Assembly (NCBI GenBank): GCA_964633875.1
Contig: CAZWKL010000002.1
Span: forward strand, 23,338-87,337
Source: an uncultured Pseudomonadales bacterium
GTDB taxonomy: Bacteria; Patescibacteriota; Microgenomatia; UBA1400; PJMF01
DNA length: 64,000 nt
Direction of reading: 5' to 3'
The notes under the pieces were generated by a model. It was not told the DNA's origin. It saw only the letters and a list, made by a program, of their open reading frames with translations, and ran no database searches. Every line of letters begins with the position of its first letter. Position 1 is the stretch's first letter. Of the stretch, positions 17,589 through 27,003 are shown piece after piece. Made by a program: the position numbers and the translations under genes.

Positions 17589-18913
17589 AGATTAGCCGGC
17601 GTGTCCGGACTAAACGAAGTTTTGATCAACAATCTATTGCCGTCAGGCCAGGGATAAATAAAGGAATGTTCAAATGGGCCAGAGTAGAGAGTGGTCTTGT
17701 TGGTGGCGTCGTAACCCATGATGTTCACCCCGCCATCTTCCACAAACAGCAGGTGCAGCGAGTCAGGATACCACTGGAAAGTGTTGGTAAAAAGCGGGGT
17801 GTGATAAACCTTAAAATTCCTGGCTGTGACCGCGGCAGCAGTGGCCTGTAAAGAAGTGAAAGCGCTGGCGGAGGCGGTCAGCAGAGGAGACCGGGGGTCA
17901 TGCAAGTCGGTGGCCAGCAGGTATTTGGTATTGATTTCCGCTTCGGCGCTGGCCTCTTCTCCTACTCTAAAATTCTTATCTTCCTCACGGTCATAAATAT
18001 AAATCCCGCCTGGAACAAGAGCTCTTTCTTCTGGCTGAGTGTTGGTGGCCGGCAGAGCTGGCACCAGTTCGTCCGCCAGCGTCAGCTCCTCGGTAGCAGT
18101 GTAAAGCAGCCGTTTTTTGTCCGGAGAAATATAAACATTTTTGGCGCTGGCAGTGGCGATACTAATAATTTCCGGCGGAAACTGAGCCAAAAACTGCCTT
18201 TCTCTGATGTACATTTCCTGTTCCCATTCAGACAGAATTTGCTGGCGCTGGAAAACCACATCCGGCAGAGTATCGAGGTCGCTTTGGCGGCCGATGGGCA
18301 GAATCACTTGCCTGTCATTGCTCAGCACCATCACCTCACTACTGTCAGGAGACCAAATAAACTCGGCCGTTGAGAGCTCAAAATCTTCCGAATCATTACT
18401 AATTTGTCTGGGGCCTTGTGAGAAAGAGAGTGGCGAACTGTTGAGTTCAAACAAGTAAAGTCCGTTTTTTCTTTGGGCTGAAGCTGAAGCGGTGTAAAAA
18501 ATCAGCTTTTGTCCATCCGGTGAAGGGGTAATATTTTCCACGCCGGTAAAAGTGAGGGTAGTTAAACTGGGGGCAACGGGAAAAAGTTTGGCATTGGTTT
18601 GGGCTACTAATTCTTGCTCAACTAACATCATTTTTTGCCAGGTGTTGTAGCCATCGCGCTTGATTTCTACCAAATACTCACCCGGAACCAGATAAAGAGT
18701 ATCGTCAGTAGCTGTGATGAGCTTGCCATCAATATAAACTTCAGCGCCGGTGGGGAAAGAATTCGCGGCCAGCAAGCCGGTGCCATTGACAAAACCTTGA
18801 TCAGTGACGCGGTAGCCGCCTTTGGCATAGTGAATCGCCAAAAAAGTGCCGACGATGACTACCAATAATGAAAGAACGGCATACACTACGCGCGGCTTGA
18901 ACCAAGATTTCAT
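17567..18913 (-). CDS. Membrane-anchored PEGA-domain protein followed by a TolB-like beta-propeller domain
   Basis: Start set at MKSWFKPRVVYAVLSLLVVIVGTFLAIHY (TM). PEGA domain PTGAEVYIDGKLITATDDTLYLVPGEYLVEIKRDGYNTW. Repeated WSPDSSEV, YISPDKKRLLYTA and QWYPDSLHLLFV blades. Confidence 0.7.
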   Translation of the reverse strand: MKSWFKPRVVYAVLSLLVVIVGTFLAIHYAKGGYRVTDQGFVNGTGLLAANSFPTGAEVYIDGKLITATDDTLYLVPGEYLVEIKRDGYNTWQKMMLVEQELVAQTNAKLFPVAPSLTTLTFTGVENITPSPDGQKLIFYTASASAQRKNGLYLFELNSSPLSFSQGPRQISNDSEDFELSTAEFIWSPDSSEVMVLSNDRQVILPIGRQSDLDTLPDVVFQRQQILSEWEQEMYIRERQFLAQFPPEIISIATASAKNVYISPDKKRLLYTATEELTLADELVPALPATNTQPEERALVPGGIYIYDREEDKNFRVGEEASAEAEINTKYLLATDLHDPRSPLLTASASAFTSLQATAAAVTARNFKVYHTPLFTNTFQWYPDSLHLLFVEDGGVNIMGYDATNKTTLYSGPFEHSFIYPWPDGNRLLIKTSFSPDTPANLYAIELK

Positions 18914-18941
18914 AGGTTTAGTATAGCATGCTATATTAGGG

Positions 18942-19970
18942 GTGATGAAGATACCTTTTATTTCCCAAATCGTGCGTTTTGTCGGGATTGATTTGGGTTC
19001 TAGCCAGGTGAGAATTTGGACAGACCGGTCCGGTTTTGCCATTGATGAGCCGGCGCTGATTGCTTTTGATGCCAAAACCAAAAGGATTTTAGCGGTCGGG
19101 TCGGAGGCGGCAGAAATGCGCGGCCGAGTCAGTAAAAATGTGGTGGTGGAGCAGCCTATTCAGGATGGGAAAATTTATGATTTGGAAACTACCAGAGCGC
19201 TGCTGCGGGTATTTTTGCAGAAAGTTTTAAGCTCCACCAACTTGATTAGTCCGGTTTATATGTGCAGTGTGCCCGCCAAGAGCAGTGAGGCGGATTTGCA
19301 GGCCGTCACGCGGCTGATGTACAACCTGGGCGCGCGGGAAGTTTACACTATTTCCAGCCCGCTGGCGGCCAGTATTGGCGCCGATGTGCCAATTGCCGAT
19401 GCTTCCGGCTGCTTTATTCTTCACTTGGGTGCTGATGTAGTTGAGGGGGCGGTGATTTCGCTTGGCAGCATGGTGCATTACGAAAGCACACATTACGCTG
19501 GCAATTTTCTCAGCAAAAGATTGCAGTATTTAATGAAAAAAGAGTTCGCCCTGGATATTAGCCTGCAAACTGCGGAAGAAATGAAGCGCCGGGTAGTTTC
19601 TGCCTACGGATTGAAGGAAAGAAAGATGTTGGTAACGGGGAAGAGCGCTCATGACGGCAGTCCCAAGGAAATCAGTGTTACCGCTGCCGATGTGGCGCCT
19701 GAGTTGCTTAAGTTGCTCGAAAAGTATGAAAAAGTGCTGCGCCAACTGTTGTCCACTATTCCGCCGGAACTAACGGTGGACGTGATCGATAAAGGCTTGC
19801 TGCTTGCTGGCGGCCTGGCCAATATTGACGGCGTCAGTCAGTATTTTGTCGAAAAAATGGGCATTCCGGTTTCGGTTGTGGATAATCCCGAGCAGGTGGT
19901 GATCAAGGGGACGAGCATAGCGCTGGAGCACCTGGATTTGTTTAAGGAAAGTTTGGGGTATCAGAGTTAA
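18942..19970 (+). CDS. Divergent MreB/actin-like ATPase (paralog 1)
   Basis: VGIDLGSSQVRIW (phosphate-1 motif). FILHLGADVVEGAVISLG (phosphate-2 motif). LLLAGGLANIDGVSQYF (adenosine motif). Confidence 0.7.
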   Translation: MMKIPFISQIVRFVGIDLGSSQVRIWTDRSGFAIDEPALIAFDAKTKRILAVGSEAAEMRGRVSKNVVVEQPIQDGKIYDLETTRALLRVFLQKVLSSTNLISPVYMCSVPAKSSEADLQAVTRLMYNLGAREVYTISSPLAASIGADVPIADASGCFILHLGADVVEGAVISLGSMVHYESTHYAGNFLSKRLQYLMKKEFALDISLQTAEEMKRRVVSAYGLKERKMLVTGKSAHDGSPKEISVTAADVAPELLKLLEKYEKVLRQLLSTIPPELTVDVIDKGLLLAGGLANIDGVSQYFVEKMGIPVSVVDNPEQVVIKGTSIALEHLDLFKESLGYQS

Positions 19971-20133
19971 GGTTTGTTTTGTCTACGGAGGCAGCTTGTT
20001 CTTTAAGATAGGACTCTGCTGTTTTGCTGATAATAAATTTGATGGTCTTGGGTAAAGAATAGCCAAATTGTCGTCCGTAGCTAGACAGAATAGCGGTTTC
20101 TTCATTGGTTAGTGTCAGCTGTACTTTATTCAT
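19942..20133 (-). CDS. Small hypothetical protein (63 aa), possible RHH-like
   Basis: MNKVQLTLTNEETAILSSYGRQFGYSLPKTIKFI. Overlaps the mreB-like 3' end by 29 nt. Weak call. Confidence 0.25.
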   Translation of the reverse strand: MNKVQLTLTNEETAILSSYGRQFGYSLPKTIKFIISKTAESYLKEQAASVDKTNLNSDTPNFP

Positions 20134-20181
20134 AGTGTTCCCATAGTAGCAACAAAGTAGTTTGAAGTCAATATATTGTAA

Positions 20182-21588
20182 CTACTTTTTAACAAGCGCC
20201 CTCACCGCTGCAGTAAACTGATTGCCTCTGTCTTCGTAGTTTTTGAAAGTGCCAAAACTGGCGCTGGCCGGACTAAGCAAGACCACCCAGCCATTTCTGG
20301 CAAATTCGGCGGCCGCGCTCACCGCTTCCTCCATCGACAAAACCTCTTCCTTGATAAGATTGGGATTTTTTATCTCATTGGCTAGTCTGGAACCGGTGGG
20401 GTTGAAGTAAAGCAGCATCCGGACATCGCTTTCATCAATAGTGTGAGCCAAAGCGGAAAAGTCTTGTTGGCGCTCGTGGCCGCCGGCAATCAAAGCCATT
20501 GGCCGGCCCTCATAGCTGTTGATGGCGGCAATAGCAGCTTCAGGCGTGGTGGAAAGCGAGTCATTAACAAAAGTCACGCCTTTAACTTCCGCCACCTCCT
20601 CCAGGCGGTGAGCCAGCGGCTGAAAACTTTGCAGTCCTGCGCGAATTGCAGCTGTTTCCGCCCCGAGCTGTTTGGCGATCACCACCGCCGGCAGGCTGTT
20701 GAGCAGGTTGTGCTCGCCTTTAAGAGGCAGCTCGCTGATATCGGCGATTTTTTCTTGCTGATAATAGATGGCATTGTCCTGAATGTAGGCCAGCGGGTCG
20801 GGGTGGTCAGCTTGGTTGGCGGTTTTTTTACCAAAAGGCAGCTTTTTAGCTTTGCTGTCATCGGCAATCTGCCGCGGCAGCTCAAAAAGCGGGTTATAAA
20901 CCACAAAATCATCTTTATGCTGAAACTGGACAATTCTGGCTTTGGCGGCGGTGTAACTGGCAAAATCAGGATAGTAGTCGAGATGCTCAGGAGTGATATT
21001 AAGAATGACGGCAAAATGAGGACTACTGCGAAGATTAAGCAGCTGGTGCGAAGAAAGCTCCAGCACGTAGTAGTCGGCCCTGATTTCCTGGTGGAGCAGA
21101 TCAAGCGGCGCCTGGCCGATGTTGCCCGCCAGGACGGTTTTGCAGCCAGCCTTGGTTAGCACGTGATTAATCAAAGCGCTGGTAGTGCTTTTGCCTTTAG
21201 TGCCGGTCACGCCAATGATAGTCTGATGTTCTCGGACAATTTGCAGGAAAAGGTTGGTGTTGGAGTTGAAATCAAGGTTTTTTTGTTCGGCTTTTTTGAT
21301 CAGCGGATGAGTGATGGGGATGCCCGGCGTCTTAAACATTACGCCGCTGCCGATCTCGTAATTGGTGATGGTATCGAGAAAAGTGTCGGCAGTAGTAATG
21401 GTGGTATACGGGTTGCTAGCGGCCTGTTGCCAGTGTTGATCCAGGTCTTGAGGTGGTTTGTCGTCGATGAGGATGAGTTTTTTTTCAGGAAAAATTTTCC
21501 GGAGATAATTGTAGGTGGAAAAACCTTCCAAACCGAGGCCGAAGATATAAATTTGCCTGTTTTCCAGTTTTGCTAGCGGGTTTTTCAT
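20182..21588 (-). CDS. murD: UDP-N-acetylmuramoylalanine--D-glutamate ligase
   Basis: Mur ligase P-loop IGVTGTKGKSTTSALINHVL. N-terminal Rossmann region IYIFGLGLEGFSTYNYL. C-terminal FVNDSLSTTPEA. Confidence 0.85.
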   Translation of the reverse strand: MKNPLAKLENRQIYIFGLGLEGFSTYNYLRKIFPEKKLILIDDKPPQDLDQHWQQAASNPYTTITTADTFLDTITNYEIGSGVMFKTPGIPITHPLIKKAEQKNLDFNSNTNLFLQIVREHQTIIGVTGTKGKSTTSALINHVLTKAGCKTVLAGNIGQAPLDLLHQEIRADYYVLELSSHQLLNLRSSPHFAVILNITPEHLDYYPDFASYTAAKARIVQFQHKDDFVVYNPLFELPRQIADDSKAKKLPFGKKTANQADHPDPLAYIQDNAIYYQQEKIADISELPLKGEHNLLNSLPAVVIAKQLGAETAAIRAGLQSFQPLAHRLEEVAEVKGVTFVNDSLSTTPEAAIAAINSYEGRPMALIAGGHERQQDFSALAHTIDESDVRMLLYFNPTGSRLANEIKNPNLIKEEVLSMEEAVSAAAEFARNGWVVLLSPASASFGTFKNYEDRGNQFTAAVRALVKK

Positions 21589-21610
21589 TGAGTTGCTTCC
21601 TTTACTTCGC

Positions 21611-23008
21611 CTATTTCGCTGCTTTCAGCCAGTTTTCCCAGGTTTGAGAAGGGATGAGATGCTCGTTATTCCAGGCTTGAAGGATTGTTTGAGCACGTTC
21701 GTCTAAATTTGCTTCTTGGGAAAGAACTTGTTTGTACACTTGTTGCAATAATTGTTGGCTAGAATCCGGTTGTGTCTGCTGCCATTTTTGCCAGCAAAGG
21801 TGGAAAGCGGCCAGAGATTCTTCGTGGGTGCCCACGCAGTCGAAAGGTTTGTGTTCACTGGCGCCTACTAGCTCGAGGGCGATGGTCAGCAGCTCGGGTT
21901 TATCTAACAAGTTCTCACCAAAATACCCGGTGAGTTCAGAAAGGTTTACAAATGGATAAAGAATTATAAAAGCAAAGAGGCATTTTGAGCACTGACCACA
22001 CCAACTGTTGGTTTTTTGGCCAACGTTGCAGCTCCTGAAAATGGGGTGGTAGGTTTTCATGGTTGAGAAAATTTTGGCTATCTGTAGCTCAAAAAGCGGC
22101 CTCATGTAAGAAAAGTAGCGAGGCGAGTTGGCAGGGTAGAACTGGCTGATATAGGCGCTGAAAGCTTTTTCGAAAGCAAAAGTTTTGGAGTACTGGTGGT
22201 TGATTTCCTTGCCGAGATATTCGACGTTGCCCTCGTTGGAACTGCGCTCGTTTGAGACCGGAATAAAGTGGTAGTCGTGCAGTCTGGCCGCCAGCAGGCT
22301 AGTGAAGGCGAAGAGGGCAGAGATCGGCACATGTCCATTGAGGTAGCCCTGGGAGTTAAGTGAGAGTAGGAGCGGATCCAGTTCTCTGGTAACGGTGATG
22401 GTTTTGAGTTGGCTGGCAGCGGCAATATCTCGGGCAGCTTGAGTGGGGTTGATCAACAAGCAGCTTAAGTTGGCAGGATCGAGATTTTGCCTGAACAGCT
22501 CCAGCGTCACGGCCGAGTCTTTGCCTCCGCCGAGGGGAATCAGGATTCTGGGGTTGGCAGGTTCTGGCAGGTTGAGTTGAGACGCGGTTGGCTCAGGTGT
22601 TTCAGGGAGAGCAGTCCGGATGGAGACGAAATCAGGCGCGGTGAACTCAATTTGGTTGATGTAAAAGTACTCACCCATGCCTTGAATCAGCAGTTGGTGC
22701 CACCAGGAAGTTTGTTCTGGAGTTAGCGGCTGGGCCTCGATGATAATTTCGGGGGCAGCGGTCAGCTTCCAATAACTCAACATCTCTGCCAGGCCAAGGG
22801 AAAAGGCATGCAGATTTAGCTCGACTTCACTGATTTGCCGGAACTGCTGTTCGGAGACATTGGGAAAATGCATTGAGGGATGGAAATCAAAGCCCGGCTC
22901 AATGAAGAAATGCCATTGGAGGGTGAGGGTGTTGGCATCCCAATGCCACTCATACTTTTTGTAGAAAAAACGCGGGTGTTGCGACCTCAGTTCAGTTACT
23001 GATTTCAT
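21611..23008 (-). CDS. PP-loop ATP-pyrophosphatase of the QueC/ExsB-like type with about 150-aa N-terminal and about 125-aa C-terminal extensions. Possibly an N-acetyl-sugar amidotransferase-like enzyme.
   Basis: PLGGGKDSAV (PP-loop SGGxDS variant) at about residue 160. FRSCNVGQKTNSWCGQCSKCLF, a QueC-type C...CGxCxxC zinc motif. Total length 465 aa. Confidence 0.6.
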   Translation of the reverse strand: MKSVTELRSQHPRFFYKKYEWHWDANTLTLQWHFFIEPGFDFHPSMHFPNVSEQQFRQISEVELNLHAFSLGLAEMLSYWKLTAAPEIIIEAQPLTPEQTSWWHQLLIQGMGEYFYINQIEFTAPDFVSIRTALPETPEPTASQLNLPEPANPRILIPLGGGKDSAVTLELFRQNLDPANLSCLLINPTQAARDIAAASQLKTITVTRELDPLLLSLNSQGYLNGHVPISALFAFTSLLAARLHDYHFIPVSNERSSNEGNVEYLGKEINHQYSKTFAFEKAFSAYISQFYPANSPRYFSYMRPLFELQIAKIFSTMKTYHPIFRSCNVGQKTNSWCGQCSKCLFAFIILYPFVNLSELTGYFGENLLDKPELLTIALELVGASEHKPFDCVGTHEESLAAFHLCWQKWQQTQPDSSQQLLQQVYKQVLSQEANLDERAQTILQAWNNEHLIPSQTWENWLKAAK

Positions 23009-23416
23009 GGACTTTCATTATAGTGGAAGACGCCAAAAAGTGCATCCGAGTATGATTTTCAGCGAGTTGAAAGGTGTTGAGAAAAAATAGAGCAAAAATC
23101 AACAAATACTCAAGAAATATAGTGTTCAAAAAGGGCAAAAAATGAATAATAAACTGCGAAAATAGCAATTTTTAAGAAAAAAATAGTCTCAATTGCCTTC
23201 GGACAATGTTGGGCTTTGGCCGGAAAACGAATTTTTTACCGCACAAAAACCGAAGAAAATTGCTTTTAGGAAAAGCAAAAGAAAACAGTGTACAATGATA
23301 AAATAGTGGCGGTCCAGTTAGCTCAGAAATTTGGACAAAAATGATTTTACCAGGCTATTGCTTTGGTTTTTCTTCAAAAATGCCTGGTTTGTAACAGTGA
23401 GGTAATAAGAGAGAAA

Positions 23417-24202
23417 ATGATTGATAAGACAGTGAAAATATTCGATTTAGCCATTTTTAGCAAAAGCAGATTGGAACTGCTAAAAATTTTGCAAAATCAC
23501 TTGCGGCAGCAAAATGGGCTGCTGGTGATTTTTACGCCAAATCCCGAGCAAATTATGCTCGCGCGCAGGGACAAGACATTTGCTTCATCTTTGGGTTTTG
23601 CCGATATTTTGGTCCCCGATGGCTTTGGTTTGGTTTTGGCGGCCAAAATGAAGGCTCTTTTTCTGGCTCAAAAGGCGCTGGAGGAGCGAATTGCCGGCAT
23701 TGATTTAGCTGAAGATTTGCTCAAAATCGCGCGGGAGCAAAAATTGCCGGCGCTGATTTTGGGCGGCCGTGGCTATCAGGGCCGGGAGGTTTCAGGGAAA
23801 TTGGATATTGGTGGCTGGCCGGTTGAGTGGCATCAAGCTTACCAAGATGTCAGGCAACCTCTGGAGGCAGAGGAAAAAGCGGTAGTGGCTTTGATCAAAA
23901 ACCTGCGGCCGAGTATTGTTTTTGTGGCTTTTGGCGCGCCGCATCAGGAAAAATGGGTGGTAGAGCACCGGGAACTGCTAGAAAAATCGGGAGTGCTGCT
24001 GGTGCAAGTGGTGGGCGGCGCTTTCGATGTCATCCTCGGCAAGTTCCGCCGGGCACCCGGCTGGATGAGGCGACTCGGCTTAGAGTGGCTGTTTAGACTA
24101 TTTCAGCAGCCCTGGCGGCTCAAGCGGCAGCTGCAGCTGATTCCGTTTATGTTTTTAACTTTTAAACAGGTGCTGGTGAAGCAAAGGCGGGGGAGGAAAT
24201 GA
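23417..24202 (+). CDS. WecB/TagA/CpsF-family glycosyltransferase (N-acetylmannosaminyltransferase-like)
   Basis: VIFTPNPEQIMLARRD and FADILVPDGFGLVLAAKM match WecG/TagA signatures. Start at the internal ATG 23417. Confidence 0.75.
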   Translation: MIDKTVKIFDLAIFSKSRLELLKILQNHLRQQNGLLVIFTPNPEQIMLARRDKTFASSLGFADILVPDGFGLVLAAKMKALFLAQKALEERIAGIDLAEDLLKIAREQKLPALILGGRGYQGREVSGKLDIGGWPVEWHQAYQDVRQPLEAEEKAVVALIKNLRPSIVFVAFGAPHQEKWVVEHRELLEKSGVLLVQVVGGAFDVILGKFRRAPGWMRRLGLEWLFRLFQQPWRLKRQLQLIPFMFLTFKQVLVKQRRGRK

Positions 24203-24240
24203 AAAATGCCCCAGGCTTTCAGCCTGGGGCAAAATCAACT

Positions 24241-24531
24241 CTACTCATCTCCTGGTGTAATGCCCAACAACCAGAGAACGGACTCTTTTTTGTAGCGCCG
24301 GTCACCCCGAGAGTTAATCCGGATCGCAGGCAGCTTGCCTCTCTTGCCCCACCGCTTAATCGTCAGGGGGGAAACTCTGAGCAAATCTGCTACTTCGCGG
24401 ACTGTCAGCAGGTCAGGCAGATTATTGATATCGAGCCTACTGGCGTCGTCAGCTCGGCCAGTCCTTTTATCTTCCGCAACTTGCCCATTAGGGTCAATAT
24501 TGCTGATGGTGGTCATAGCAGGTTCGCTCAT
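24241..24531 (-). CDS. Excisionase/MerR-type helix-turn-helix DNA-binding protein (HTH_17-like)
   Basis: LTVREVADLLRVSPLTIKRWGKRGKLPAIRINSRGDRRYKKESV. Confidence 0.65.
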   Translation of the reverse strand: MSEPAMTTISNIDPNGQVAEDKRTGRADDASRLDINNLPDLLTVREVADLLRVSPLTIKRWGKRGKLPAIRINSRGDRRYKKESVLWLLGITPGDE

Positions 24532-24904
24532 GAATCCTTTCTTAATTTACCTTGGTATCAAGGCAATTTCTAATATTTTTATTGATATTTTTAAAATGGG
24601 TCAAACTCCGTGTAAGTTGTATTTAAAGTAGCAGAGTAGACTGAAATGGGTCAATAGGTAAAAGCTTGGTAAAAGGGCAAATTTTAGCCTGGTAGAACCC
24701 TGGTGGCATACCAATTCCGGCGCTTGAGAAAACTGAGTTTTCCACATCAACAACCCATAGTTTTTCCATCAACGACCTATATTTTTTCAGTGTGAATAAG
24801 AACTTTATTTCCCTCAAGTCAGAACAAAAATCGCTCGGTTTCGGTTTCTCTCCAAACCGCCAGGCCCCTAAAAAAAGGCCAGACAGGCATTGTTTAGCAA
24901 GAAG

Positions 24905-24946
24905 TCACAAAAAACCCCGCCTGTAACAGCGGGGCTTCCCGTTTTT
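24905..24946. terminator. Bidirectional rho-independent terminator downstream of rplL
   Basis: Stem CCCCGC (24915..24920) pairs with GCGGGG (24929..24934). It is flanked by an A-run on the plus strand (a U-run for the minus-strand transcript) and by TTTTT on the other side. Confidence 0.6.
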
Positions 24947-24959
24947 CGTATCTGTTAGC

Positions 24960-25349
24960 TTATTTAAGCTCAACGACACAACCAGCCTCTTCAAGGGCTT
25001 TTTTGGCTGCTTCAGCGTCTTCTTTCTTGGCGCCTTCCAAAACGGTTTTGGGCGCTTCTTCAACGAAAGCTTTCGCATCACCCAGACCAAGTTCTGGTTT
25101 GAGCTGGCGGACAGCTTTAATCGCGCCGATCTTGTTAGACCCGGCGTCCTTGAGGATGACGTCGAACTCGTCCTTTTCCTCGACTGCACCGGCCTCGGCC
25201 GCGCCACCTGCTACTGGAGCAGCCATCATTGGGGCTGCCGCGGTTACGCCGAACTCTTCTTCAAGAGCTTTCACCAGTTCAGAAACTTCCATAAGGGAAA
25301 GTTCCTTGACGGCATCGACGATTTTTTGAACATTTTTTGCATCTGCCAT
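24960..25349 (-). CDS. rplL: Ribosomal protein L7/L12
   Basis: [35 protein letters not shown] ... [15 protein letters not shown]. Confidence 0.93.
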   Translation of the reverse strand: MADAKNVQKIVDAVKELSLMEVSELVKALEEEFGVTAAAPMMAAPVAGGAAEAGAVEEKDEFDVILKDAGSNKIGAIKAVRQLKPELGLGDAKAFVEEAPKTVLEGAKKEDAEAAKKALEEAGCVVELK

Positions 25350-25384
25350 AATTGTTCCTTTCTTAATACTTTCCTAATAGCGAT

Positions 25385-25894
25385 TTAAGCCTCTTTCCTG
25401 TCTGCAATAGCCTGGAGAGCATAGACCAAATTGCGCTGCGAAGCCTGCAAAACATTGACTAAACCCTGAGCCGGACTCTGAATGCGGGCCATCAACATAG
25501 CGATCAGCTCTGTCTTGCTTGGCAGCTTGCTCAGAGCCTCAACTTCCTCGGGGGAGAGGACTTTGTCATCTACAAAACCCTGTTTGATGGTGAGTTTTTC
25601 GTTGTCTTTATGAAATTCAAAGAGCTTTTTCAGGGCAGTCACAGCATCTTCGTAAGAAAAAATGAGCGCGTTCATCCCAGTCAAGGACTCCGCGAACTTG
25701 CCCTTGCCAAGGGCGATATCAATTAGGGTATTTTTGGTCACAAACATTTCGCCGCCGGCCTCTTTCAGCTCGTTGCGCAGCTTCACCTGGTCATTAACAC
25801 TGGTACTGGAGTAATCAACCACCACCGCTGATTTGGTCTTGGCGAGTTTGTCTTTGATAATGGCGACTTGCTCGAGGTTTTTCTTGTTTGGCAT
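25385..25894 (-). CDS. rplJ: Ribosomal protein L10
   Basis: Start set at [57 protein letters not shown]. The longer ORF-track start is preceded by low-complexity non-L10 sequence. Confidence 0.9.
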   Translation of the reverse strand: MPNKKNLEQVAIIKDKLAKTKSAVVVDYSSTSVNDQVKLRNELKEAGGEMFVTKNTLIDIALGKGKFAESLTGMNALIFSYEDAVTALKKLFEFHKDNEKLTIKQGFVDDKVLSPEEVEALSKLPSKTELIAMLMARIQSPAQGLVNVLQASQRNLVYALQAIADRKEA

Positions 25895-26100
25895 ATTTTT
25901 CCTGTTTTTTTGAGGCCGGGTTTCTGAATTTAGTTGAGTAAAAACAAAAAACACAGCTTGGTACTGTGTTGAACAAAGACGCCTAATTTTTGCACTGCAA
26001 AAGGCTTGGTTTCTCCTCGGCGTGGCTTCTGTCTGCTTCTGTCTGTTTATGGCGGACTGCACGCTGTCTTTGGACAACAGGGGAAATTATAACACAAGTC
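25895..26100 (-). promoter_or_regulatory. Possible L10 (rplJL) autoregulatory leader region
   Basis: About 200 nt of untranslated GC-rich sequence with hairpin potential immediately upstream of rplJ. The call is by position only. Confidence 0.3.
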
Positions 26101-26127
26101 GGGGAAAGAACAAGTTTCACAGACTAA

Positions 26128-26562
26128 TCAAAAGGTCAAAGCTGCTTTTTGATAAAGCTGTCTGAGATTACGATCGAGAGTTAATAATTTGGCTTTTTGT
26201 TCAAGGGCTAATTGAGCATAACTGGAATCGTAGTAGCTGCAGTTGTGTTCCAGAGAAAAACGCAACGTCTGTTCGTAGTTGGGTGAAAGATAGTTAATAG
26301 GGAATGACATAAAAGTTTGGAAGATTGTTTTTGCTCCTCGCTGATCAAGTCTGCCGCGCAAAACACAGGTTCGTAAAATGTTGCCAACTTCAAAAATAAG
26401 TAGTTTTGGAGCCAGAAAATTTATGGCAGGATTTTCTAGAAGTTTGATTAGCTCTGGTCCACGAGTACTAGCCGATAGTTTGCGTTCGTCTGGCAAAAGC
26501 ACGCTGGCTACCACGAATGAATCAACCACGTAGGCAGAGTTGGCTTTATGCTGACCGGCCAT
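26128..26562 (-). CDS. vapC: PIN-domain toxin (VapC family)
   Basis: YVVDSFVVASVLLPDE (N-terminal acidic Asp) and YDSSYAQLALEQKAKLLTLDRNL (C-terminal PIN motif). Confidence 0.8.
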   Translation of the reverse strand: MAGQHKANSAYVVDSFVVASVLLPDERKLSASTRGPELIKLLENPAINFLAPKLLIFEVGNILRTCVLRGRLDQRGAKTIFQTFMSFPINYLSPNYEQTLRFSLEHNCSYYDSSYAQLALEQKAKLLTLDRNLRQLYQKAALTF

Positions 26563-26806
26563 AGTCTCTCAATTCTTGATAATCCAGTTGCTGATTTGAT
26601 TTTTGGATCAAAGACCAATTTTGTTGGATTTTTTGCATTAATTTAGTTCGTTCAGCTTGAGCTTGTTCAAGTTTGGCCTTCCGATAAACCTTGGCGATAG
26701 CAGCGCGAATGAGCTTGCCTTTAGTTACTCCTTGTTGATGGGCAAGTTGAGTGAGTAGTCGATTGTCGTCTTCAGATAGTAGCAAATTGGTTCTGTGGGT
26801 TAGCAT
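26546..26806 (-). CDS. vapB: Ribbon-helix-helix antitoxin (VapB/CopG-like)
   Basis: NLLLSEDDNRLLTQLAHQQGVTKGKLIRAAI. 17-nt overlap with vapC. Confidence 0.7.
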   Translation of the reverse strand: MLTHRTNLLLSEDDNRLLTQLAHQQGVTKGKLIRAAIAKVYRKAKLEQAQAERTKLMQKIQQNWSLIQKSNQQLDYQELRDYGRSA

Positions 26807-26819
26807 AATTATATCTATA

Positions 26820-26831
26820 GTAACATGTTAC
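26820..26831. promoter_or_regulatory. Perfect 12-bp palindrome GTAACATGTTAC 14 nt upstream of the vapB start; candidate operator
   Basis: Seen directly in the sequence. Its position fits TA autoregulation. Confidence 0.4.
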
Positions 26832-26864
26832 TTGATAAGCGTCAAGGAAACCAAATATTCCTTA

Positions 26865-26893
26865 TTGCAAATTAGTCGCGTTTGTTCTATATT
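26865..26893 (+). promoter_or_regulatory. Sigma70-like promoter TTGCAA-N17-TATATT
   Basis: -35 at 26865..26870 and -10 at 26888..26893. The predicted transcription start is about 10 nt before the ATG at 26904. Confidence 0.35.
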
Positions 26894-26903
26894 CAATCAA
26901 CAC

Positions 26904-26981
26904 ATGAGTAAGTGCATGTCTTTCCTCACTATCAAGAACATCCAAACCTGCGTGTCCGGAGGTTGTGACTTGAGTGAATAA
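26904..26981 (+). CDS. Candidate micro-ORF (25 aa, MSKCMSFLTIKNIQTCVSGGCDLSE) between its own promoter and terminator
   Basis: ATG at 26904, stop TAA at 26979..26981, three Cys. Speculative. Confidence 0.25.
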   Translation: MSKCMSFLTIKNIQTCVSGGCDLSE

Positions 26982-27003
26982 AAAAAGACAGCACTTAAAA
27001 CAC

